NCBI GenBank assembly: GCA_951406725.2
Contig: OX597829.1
Location: forward strand, 48,918,001-48,982,000
DNA from: Octopus vulgaris
Lineage: Eukaryota
DNA: 64,000 bases
Reading direction: 5' to 3'
Below the pieces are notes generated by a model. The model worked only from the letters and a program-made list of their open reading frames with translations, did not search any database and was not told the origin of the DNA. The position numbers and the translations under genes are program-made. Below, piece after piece: positions 52,146 through 64,000 of this stretch. Numbering within the stretch: position 1 is the first letter of the stretch; each line of letters begins with the position of its first letter.

Positions 52146-52649
52146 TTATATATATATATACATACATACATACATACATACATACATACATACATACATA
52201 CATACATACATACATACATACATACACGATCTAAGAATCTGAGCGTAGGAAGTTGGTGAGCTTCAAGCAGCGAGTGGCAGTTATAAAGAACAAAAAGTGG
52301 ACAGTGTGGGATAAGAAACAATTTATTGGTATGGAAAGTTCCCATGCCAATAAATTTTTCCAATATCGAAGTTGCAAGGAAATTCGATAAACTGATAGTT
52401 TCTATATAGCTCACAGTTAGCAAGTAGAGGCGCTACAAATGTGAAAAAAAAATTCAAATTGTGGGAGTGGAACAGACAAAATGCACGTTACATATGTTTC
52501 TTAGCTAATTAAACTCATGATGTAATAGTTATGCAACGATATATGCTCAACGTAGCTAATCATGAAACTGAAAGGAAGGTTATATTGTCGGTCGGGATTT
52601 CTAAGTCAGCTACAAAAGAGCGGTGCGTTTAACTGAATAGAGAAGCCAG

Positions 52650-53170
<521 letters not shown>

Positions 53171-53171
53171 A

Positions 53172-53590
53172 GGCGTAGGAGTGACTGTGTGGTAAGTAGC
53201 TTGCTTACCGACCACATGGTTCAGGGTTCTGTCTCACTACGTGGCACCTTGGGAAAGTGTCTTCTACTATAGCCTCGGGCCGACCAAAGCCTTGTGAGTG
53301 GATTTGGTAGACAGAAACTGAAAGAAGCCCGTCGTATATATGTATATGTATGTATGTGTGTGTATGTGTTTGTGTGTCTGTGTTTGTCCTCCCAACATCG
53401 CTAGACAACCGATGCTGGTGTGTTTACGTTTCCGTAACTTAGCGGTTCGGCAAAAGTGACCGATAGAATAAGTACTAGGCTTACAAAGAATAAGTCCCGG
53501 GGTCCATTTGCTCGACTAAAGGCGGTGCTCCAGCATGACCACAGTCAAATGACTGAAACAAGTAAAAGAGTAAAAGGGAGAGTAAAGAGT
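53172..53590 (+). mobile_element. SINE family A, full length
   Basis: Matches the other family A copies. Confidence 0.9.
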
Positions 53591-53602
53591 AATGATAATA
53601 AT

Positions 53603-53686
<84 letters not shown>

Positions 53687-53795
53687 GAAATAAAAAGACA
53701 AAAAAGTCATAAAGTATGTCATGAGAACCAATGAACGATAAGCAAAGGGTAAGACCTAAAATGCTAGTGTGGGTGTGGTTTAGAGTTGAGGAGTA

Positions 53796-53848
<53 letters not shown>

Positions 53849-54578
53849 GAAGAAAGAAGAAAATAGAATGATTGTTATCGTGAAGGGGAAAAAATTTTGG
53901 TCATAAACTTTCATCCAAGAGAAATGACGAGCGCATCAGAGGAAGAGTTTACCTGGTCGTTTCAGAAAGAAAATGGCAATAATGTGAGATATATTTGTTG
54001 CTAAATATCATGTGTTATTGAGGAAGAATACACTCTTATGGTATATATTGATATTCGTTATAAATGTATCTTAAAAACAGTTTCTCACTAGATTTTAGAA
54101 GATTCGCGAAAGTCTAAGAATAGCACTTCTAGAGTTGATGTCTATGACGTTGTGTTTTCTAGTTATAAGGAAACGAAAATTGTCTTCAAAAGCGTATTTC
54201 ATGATGAAAAAGAAACAAAAAAAGAAAGAAAAGAAAAAGAAAATAACAGTAGGAATCCGCTGTAATCGTTAAGATTTTTCAAAGAATTGTTACATTAAAG
54301 AGAATCTCTTAGTCTGAGTTCTTTGGCTGTTAGCTCGTTTTGTAGTTGTTTCCTCCCGAAGGCGTTTGTCGTGGGCTGCGAATTCTTTGAAGTAACTGGA
54401 TCGAGTTGTAAGTTTGTCAAAGAAATAAAATTCTATCTAAACACGAGCACAAAACAAGAAATATAATTAAAGTTCCTGTTTATTTAGCTTTAATAATTTA
54501 TGAAAATTATAAATTACGGAGATGTACTTGCATAGCAAGTGACCTGATCTGAGATCGTGTGCTGAAACGAAAACAATT

Positions 54579-54717
54579 GCAGCGTGGAAGGTGTTTGTAA
54601 GCCATTTAAGAAACACACAAAAGCCGTTCGATTCACTTCAACATTTAAGTTTAATTTGTCAAAATCGAATGGCTTTTGTGTGTTTCTTAAATGGCTTACA
54701 AACACCTTCCACGCTGC
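54579..54717. repeat. 55-bp inverted repeat, 29-nt loop
   Basis: Arms 54579-54633 and 54663-54717, one mismatch. Confidence 0.92.
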
Positions 54718-55282
54718 GAAAATTATAAATGTTAAACGAAATATTATAATAAATGGCAGGAGATTCGAATCAGATATATTTTGTAGAATATGAGGCTGAA
54801 GTAACTTCAGGAATTTGACTTGGGATTAAAATTTCACGATGACGAATTTTCATGTTTAATATTAATTTATTTAATTAATTTAGTTTATTAGAACTTGAAA
54901 TTCTCTGGTGTTATATTGCAAGGGATGTTAAAACAGATTTTCCCTATTTGAGAAAAAAAAATTAATAAAACCTGCTAACTGTAAAAAAAAGTTAATTTTG
55001 CCATGTATAAAATATACCTCAAAATGGATATTACTTAATCTTTGTTTCTGCATTATTATAATCATCTTCTTGACTCAGGATTGATAATTATTTCTGGTAG
55101 AATTCAATAAGCCAAAAATTGCTCAAAGCCCTTCTGATGATCTTCCTTGTTCCTAAGGGGCAAACCTTCTATTGAAGCTCTGCAGGTCATACCATTCCAT
55201 TTCAGTCTCCTTCATTTATTTGTCTATTTCATCACTCACAGTCCCCAATTCACCAATCATCGCAACTATAAGCTTTTCAGAT

Positions 55283-55427
55283 TTCTTCTTCTTCTTCTTC
55301 TTCTTCTTCTTCTTCTTCTTCTTCTTCTTCTTCTTCTTCTTCTTCTTCTTCTTCTTCTTCTTCTTCTTCTTCTTCTTCTTTTTCTTCTTCTTCTTCTTCC
55401 TCTTCTTCTTCTTCTTCCTCTTCTTCT

Positions 55428-55459
<32 letters not shown>

Positions 55460-55595
55460 TTCTTCTTCTTCTTCTTCCACCACCTCCTCCTCCTCTTCTT
55501 CTTCTTCCACCTCATCCTCCTCTTCTTCCCCCTCTTCCTCCTCCTCTACTTCTTCTTCTTCTTCCACTTCCTCATCCTCCCTCTTCCTCCTCCTC

Positions 55596-55627
<32 letters not shown>

Positions 55628-55663
55628 CTTCCACCTCCTCATCCTCCCCTCTTCCTCCTCTTC

Positions 55664-55695
<32 letters not shown>

Positions 55696-55827
55696 CTTCT
55701 TCCCACCTCCTCCTCCTCTTCTTATTCCACCTCCTCCTCCTCCCCTCCTCTCCTTCTCCTACTCCTCCTCTTCTACTTCTTCCTATTTTTATCATCATTA
55801 TTATCATTATCTTTATTATCATTATTA

Positions 55828-55860
<33 letters not shown>

Positions 55861-55872
55861 CTTCTTCTTCTT

Positions 55873-55902
<30 letters not shown>
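55283..55902. repeat. (CTT/CCT)n microsatellite
   Basis: Direct. Confidence 0.96.
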
Positions 55903-55904
<2 letters not shown>

Positions 55905-55993
55905 GTATTTGCAACATCAGAATATGTATTTTTATTTATTAAAAAGTTGTAGAAATATCACAAAAACTGTTACTCAGAGTTTAGAATCTAAAC

Positions 55994-56039
55994 AAAACTG
56001 TCCGACGAACGGGAACATGAAACTCTGAGTAACGGCTTT
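55994..56039 (+). ncRNA. Type I HHR-like motif in a pLTR with an inverted partial copy
   Basis: AAAACTGT-CCGACGA-ACG-GGAA-CAT-GAAACTCTGAGTA-ACGGCTTT; AATAAA at ~56062. Confidence 0.6.
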
Positions 56040-56155
56040 TGTGATATTTTTGCAGCTTTTTAATAAAGCATATTACTCTACCTCTGGTATTCGAGAACTA
56101 TTTTTTCCGCCTTGTTTCGCATTCATGTGCTTACTCCCGTATGTATGTATGTATG

Positions 56156-56189
<34 letters not shown>

Positions 56190-56666
56190 TGTATGTATGT
56201 ATGTATGTATGTATGTATGTATGTATGTATGTATGTATGCGTATATATATATATATATTGGTTGGCCTTTTTTCAAAGTTCGTCGACAATATTGCAGAGA
56301 AAATAATTGAAGTATTTCGGCTGTTCCTGGGAGGTTTCCAGAAGCAAATGTCAGGATCCACGTACACTAACCACCTCTCCACTCTTGGATATGTTAGCAA
56401 CAGTCATGGAACCGTTGGGAGCGCCAGATATTGATTAAATAAAACTCTACATATCTACCTTAGAGTCTCTCCCTCCGAATTTCATGTAGGGATTTATTCC
56501 CATGGCCTTTTTAAGCACTCAATAAATTATCCTCCAAAGGTAGAGGTATTTATTTTTAAAGTGGTCATCGTTTGTGAAAAACTGGTCCCACCCTCTCATC
56601 CTTCGAGTTTGTACTGATCTAGAGCAACAAGTGCCACGAGTTCAGTGATAGTTATTAAGATTTCTT

Positions 56667-57080
56667 ATTTCATTCTTATCCACAAAGGGCTAAACACAGA
56701 GAGAACAAACAAGGAAAGACAGAGGGATTAAGTCGATTACATCGACCCCAGTGCACAACTGGTACTTAATTTATCGACCCCGAAAGGAGGAAAGGCAAAG
56801 TCGACCTCGGCGGAATTTGAACTCGGAACGTAGCGAGAGACGAAATACCTATTTCTTTACTACCCATAAGGGGCTAAACACAGAGAGGACAAAAAAGGAC
56901 AGACAAAGGGATTAAGTCGATTACATCGACCGCAGTGCGTATCTGGTACTTAATTTATTGACCCCAAAAGGATGAAAGGCAAAGTTGACCTCGGCGGAAT
57001 TTGAAGTCAGAACGTAGCGGCAGACGAAAAACCGCTAAGCATTTCGCCCGGCGTGCTAACGATTCTGCCAGCTCGCCGCC
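56667..57080 (-). mobile_element. SINE family B dimer with 19-bp TSD
   Basis: ATAGTTATTAAGATTTCTT at 56648 and 57084. Confidence 0.9.
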
Positions 57081-57307
57081 TTAATAGTTATTAAGATTTC
57101 TTTTCCCTTAGATGATTTGTTAGACATTCTTTTATTTATTTATTTATTTTTACTTGTTTCAGTCACTAGACTGTGGTCATGCTCAGACACCGCCTTAAAG
57201 ACATTTTAGTCGAATTTATAGATCCCACTAATAGTAATCTTTTTAAAGCCTGGTACTTATACTATACTTACAAGCTGAGCAAAAGTTGTACATACATCGC
57301 TATATGT

Positions 57308-57552
57308 ATATATAAATATAAAAATACGGAACAAGAACGTAACGGACGACAATGAAAACATATGGATAGATGAACGATATAGAGACGGTGTAACAGGCCG
57401 AAACTGTAATGATGATTGGAAGCTTGACTGATGAATAGAAAGCCACGGATGTTCCGTCCTGGTTTTCCTGTCCGTCTTTGTATCGTCCATCTGCCCGTAT
57501 GTTTTCATTGTCGTCCGTTACGTTCTTGTTCCGTGTTTTGGATTTATATATA
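57308..57552 (+). mobile_element. Inverted-repeat pLTR-like insertion inside a family A SINE (57150-57832 -)
   Basis: ~80-bp arms 57308-57388 and 57472-57552 enclosing GGCC-GAAA...CTTGA-CTGATGA. Confidence 0.7.
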
Positions 57553-58699
57553 CTTATATTATAGGTCTCTTGTGTCGAACCGCTAAATTACGGGAATGTA
57601 AACACACTGACACCGGTTGTTAAGCGGTGCGTGTGTATGGGGTGGACAAACATAGATACAAAGACAAACACGTATATGATAGGCTTCTTTCAGTTTCCGT
57701 CTACCAAATCCACTCATAAGGTTTTGGTTGGCCCGAAGCTATAGTAGAAGATACTTGCCCAAGTTTCCACACAGCGTGACTGAACTCTGAACCATATGGT
57801 TGGTAAGCAAGCTTCTTACTGCACAGCCAGGCATGTCCCTACATAGCCGAAGTACCTTATGTACTTTGGGATGTATATGCACCTTCTTCCAGAGGCAATT
57901 CTACGACATACTAATAATACAGCAGCTGGGGCCCTGACAGGTGCCACTACTACGGGCCAGAATAAAACAGGGAACAATAGGGCTTAAGAGATGGCCCCAC
58001 AGTCCGTGAAACCCAAGACCCCTCTAACTGATGCTGTTTTGAGGTCATACCTAGGACATGCACATACACAAAGACACACACACATGCACACAAACACTCA
58101 CACACATATACATACACACACACACAATACACGCATACCCTGCAGCGATCATACGGCAATATCAATTATCATAAACATAACCAGTTTCGGTTCATAAATT
58201 TCATCGAATACATCAAACATAACGAATACGAGATGCATGCTGGTGAAATGTATATCTTTTATCATTTTCCCACTATTCCGCCATCATTCCAGTATTGTAT
58301 TATGATACAAGCATTTACCTATCAGGTGAAATGTGATTGCTCAGAACTACTGCCAAAATATTTACAGATAAGGGACAGAAAATTAAATTTTATGTTATCT
58401 TTTAATCTTTTACTTGTTTTGTCATTGGACTGTGGCCATGCTGGGGCACCACCTTGAAGAGTCTTAGTTGAACAAATCAATCCCAGTATATCTTTTATCT
58501 TTTACTTGTTTCAGTCATTGGACTGTGGCCATGCTGGGGCACCACCTTCAATGTATGTGTGTATGTATCTGTGTATGTGTATGTATGTATGTATGTATGT
58601 ATGGCCGATTCAATGTAATTTTTTACACATACTTACACACACATACACACATACATACACACACACATGCAGACATACATATACACATACGCCGAGTAA

Positions 58700-58742
<43 letters not shown>

Positions 58743-59426
58743 TTTATAAAAATATGGTAAAGTAAAAAAATTACTTAACCACACACCAAGCTTTTTAGAA
58801 ATAGCAGCCAAAAATTTCTCAACTGCAAGAAAAAGTCTCCCAGACAATGCATACTCAGAAATAATTCACATACGTATAAGAGAAAAACAACGAAAAATCA
58901 CATGGATTCTCCGATATATGTTATAAAAATATGGATTCTCCGATATAATTTATAAAAATATGGTAAAGTAAAAAAATTACTTTACCACACACAAAAGCTT
59001 TTTAGAAATAGCAGACGTCACAAAACTGCTTTCAACGTCACACTAACAGATCGCAGTAACGTTTTAGATATGAAAACAAGCAATCTCATTGGTTAAAATT
59101 CGCAGTTTTAATCTACGATTAAAGTCATAAAATAGATTTTTCTCAAATAAACTAGTTCCAACTGGCGAATAAACTAGTTCCACTCTATGAGTACACAAAG
59201 TTTCAAATTATTTAGTTAACTAGAAAGATCTGGGGTCCTGGCCACAAATTTGAAAAGATCCAAACTTGGTACTTATTCTATCGGACATCTTTTTAGCCGA
59301 ACCGTTAAATTATGGGACCGTAAACAAACCAACACTGTTTGTCAAGCGGTGGGGGAGGGGGAACACAGGCACAAAGACACATATACACATGCGCACATGC
59401 ACACACACATATATACATAATCATAA

Positions 59427-59511
<85 letters not shown>

Positions 59512-59577
59512 TATGCATGGATGGATGGATGGATGGGTGGATGAATGGATGGATGGATGGATGGATGGATGAATGGA

Positions 59578-60688
<1,111 letters not shown>

Positions 60689-61321
60689 TACGACTGGCTT
60701 CTTTCAGTTGTGAGTCTACAAATTCCACCAACAAGACTTTAGTTGGCCCAAGGCTATATATATAGTAGAAGACACTTGCGGAAAATGCCACGCAGTGGGA
60801 CTGGATCCAAAACCATGACGCCGAGAAGCATGCTTCTTACCTCACACCCACGCTTGTGCCAGACATTTTGTATGCAACTCTAAGTAAATGTTTGTATTTA
60901 TATGTCGGACTAAAACTGTGAGTGCATACATGTCTTGTGTCGGTATGTGCGTACATTATTAAGTATTGAATTGAGAACCATGGTTTCAAACAGGATTTTG
61001 AGTAAATATATGCGATCCTTAGTAAAGTCTGCAGAAATACTATTAAATTAAATTCGTGTGTAACCATGCTGTGGATTTAATGGTGTAATCGCATGTACAT
61101 ACGATTCCGTAATAGATTGTACACACTTTTCTTACAAGCGAGCGTGTATTGTTGATATATACACATATATACATATATACATACATGGATGCATAAATTT
61201 ATATATATATATATATATGTATATGTGTGTGTGTATGTACATGCGTACACAAACAAATGTGTTTGTATATGTATGTATGTAGACGCAATCATTCACATGT
61301 AATAATGCGTGTAATTCTGGG

Positions 61322-61378
<57 letters not shown>

Positions 61379-61435
61379 CACATATCTGTGTCTCTGCCTG
61401 TTTGTCTGTCTGTCTCACTCAGTATCTATCTATCC

Positions 61436-61514
<79 letters not shown>

Positions 61515-61515
61515 C

Positions 61516-61547
<32 letters not shown>

Positions 61548-61564
61548 CTCTATCTCTCTATCTA

Positions 61565-61600
<36 letters not shown>

Positions 61601-61673
61601 CAGAGAGAGAGAGAGACAGAGTCACAGATAAACAGATGAATAAAGAAATAAAAAGATGAAAAGAAAGTACAAA

Positions 61674-61712
<39 letters not shown>

Positions 61713-62206
61713 GAAATAGGTACGACAGGTACCTATTGTGTGTATGTGTGTGAACGCGCATAAATGTAAACACACACACACACACACACATAGAAACATA
61801 TTCGTAGATACCTAAATATACATTCGTACTGACGGAACTACATACATACACACAAACACACAAACACACATACATACCTACATACATAAATGCATGTATA
61901 CATACGTACATACATACATACAATACGCGTGCACATAAACGCACACGCATACACTCAAAGACATACATAAATACACAGACCTTCATACACAAGTTCGCAC
62001 ATACACTCATACGTGTATATATGTAGAAGTGTGTACATTCACGGACAGAAAAAGAAATTAAATGATTTCGTTAGTGACGTCCATATATGGATATCTATCT
62101 ATACTTTAAGAGTTTAGAGTAACTTAGTTTCCTTTCGTTGCCAAGACAGTTGATTGTATCAAGATTTTCTTCATACACATACATACATATACCATATGCA
62201 TACATA

Positions 62207-62261
<55 letters not shown>

Positions 62262-62438
62262 TTATGTATTTATTTTTTGGTTATTTTAATATGTTTTATT
62301 TACTTTTCATGCTTCAATTTCTTATCAATATTTGTTTCAGTGGATGGATTGAGTTCTCTTATCTGTATATTGGAGTCTGTTTATATTTTATGCACATTTA
62401 CACCCACATAAACACATACGCACGCACATACACGCAGA

Positions 62439-62487
<49 letters not shown>

Positions 62488-62614
62488 TGTGCATATATAT
62501 GTATGTTTGTATATTTCAATATATTTGTGTGTGTGTGTGTGTGTGTGTGTAGGCACGCATATGACCAGTAATTAAATTTTGCTTCTATTACAACTGATAA
62601 CAACAAAGACGACG

Positions 62615-62645
62615 ACAATAATAATAATAATAATAAGAAGAAGAA

Positions 62646-62676
<31 letters not shown>

Positions 62677-62803
62677 AAGAAGAAGAAGAAAAAGAAGAAG
62701 TAATAATAATAATGATAATAATAATGATGATAATAATAATGATAATGATAATGATAAAAATAATAATAATAATAATAATAGCAATAATAATAATAACAAT
62801 AAC

Positions 62804-62853
<50 letters not shown>

Positions 62854-62911
62854 TAATAATAATAATAATAATGATAATAATAATAATGATAATAATAATA
62901 ATAATAATAAC

Positions 62912-62946
<35 letters not shown>

Positions 62947-62975
62947 TAATAATAATAATAATAATAATAATGATG

Positions 62976-63021
<46 letters not shown>

Positions 63022-63035
63022 TGATGATGATGATG

Positions 63036-63072
<37 letters not shown>

Positions 63073-63107
63073 TAATAATAATAATAATAATGATAATAAT
63101 AATGATG

Positions 63108-63159
<52 letters not shown>

Positions 63160-63167
63160 TGATGATG

Positions 63168-63201
<34 letters not shown>

Positions 63202-63283
63202 TAAAAAGAAGAAGAAGAGGAAGAAAAAATAATAATAATAAAAATGATAATAATGATAATAATAGATAATGATAATAATAATG

Positions 63284-63382
<99 letters not shown>

Positions 63383-63408
63383 TAAATAATGATAATGATG
63401 ATAATAAT
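62615..63408. repeat. (AAT/GAT/AAG)n microsatellite
   Basis: Direct. Confidence 0.97.
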
Positions 63409-64000
63409 TTTCATCCACTCACATTTAAAGATACTTAAAGAAAGAAAATAAAATGAGAGAGAGAGAGAGGGAGGGTGAGAGAGGATAAGAGTGTGAAAGA
63501 AAGAGACAAAGAGTCAGATAGAGAGATATAGAGATTAATAAAGCAAGAACGATAAAAATATGAAGAAATATAACGAATAATATCAAAAGGAAAAGAAAAA
63601 AAAAGATAAAAGAAAACGAATAAAGAAAAGAGAAAAATGCAAGAAGGAAAGAGATGCAATTTTAACGCTCAGAAAATGCTTTCGAAATCTTAATGGACGA
63701 CAACGAAAACGTTAAAGACATCATCGACTTTAAGAAACACGCAGACAAATTGCTGTCTATATAATTACAGATATTCTCTCATTATAGACTAAAATGGTAG
63801 GCTGATAGCAAGATAAATGCTTTCTATTACAGAGAATCATATTCAGCTACCTGTTCCGTTGTCTTCTAATAAAATGTACGAAAAAAAAAAAGAAAGAACC
63901 ATTTCGATTTGCGAAACAAAAGATTTGATATAAGCTTCTGTTTGAAAACGATTGCACGATGAGGAACGGTGTGTATAACATTACGGCTGTGTTTTCAATA

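Noticed and set aside
55128-55180. CTGATGA followed by a hairpin
   Set aside because: GAAA replaced by CAAA and no valid NUH/stem I register
58176-58211. Possible decayed HHR on the minus strand (TCGATGA...CCGAAACTGGTT)
   Set aside because: Core mutated and stem II barely pairs; too weak to call
58741-59015. 67-bp and 17-bp direct duplications
   Set aside because: Look like local tandem duplication with no recognisable element ends or structure

Overview
AT-rich, repeat-saturated animal DNA with no recognisable host gene exon. Nearly all long ORFs in the track are translations of microsatellites. The SINE families and microsatellite load suggest a coleoid cephalopod, probably Octopus (inference). 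The window holds three abundant tRNA-derived SINE families, several with intact TSDs. It also has decayed Penelope-like elements (PLEs), L1/Tx1, R4/Dong and RTE-type LINE remnants, non-autonomous Helitrons and Tc1/mariner relics. The main hidden signal is RNA structure: I count about 17 hammerhead-ribozyme (HHR)-like motifs in five architectures, carried by short PLE-terminal-repeat-like units. These include a head-to-tail dimer with a 248-nt cleavage-to-cleavage monomer, and three complete plus one partial motif whose strands are in a non-circularly permuted order (NUH, then GAAA, then CUGANGA) with covarying stems. All folds were assigned by eye, none has been tested, and boundaries of decayed elements are approximate.
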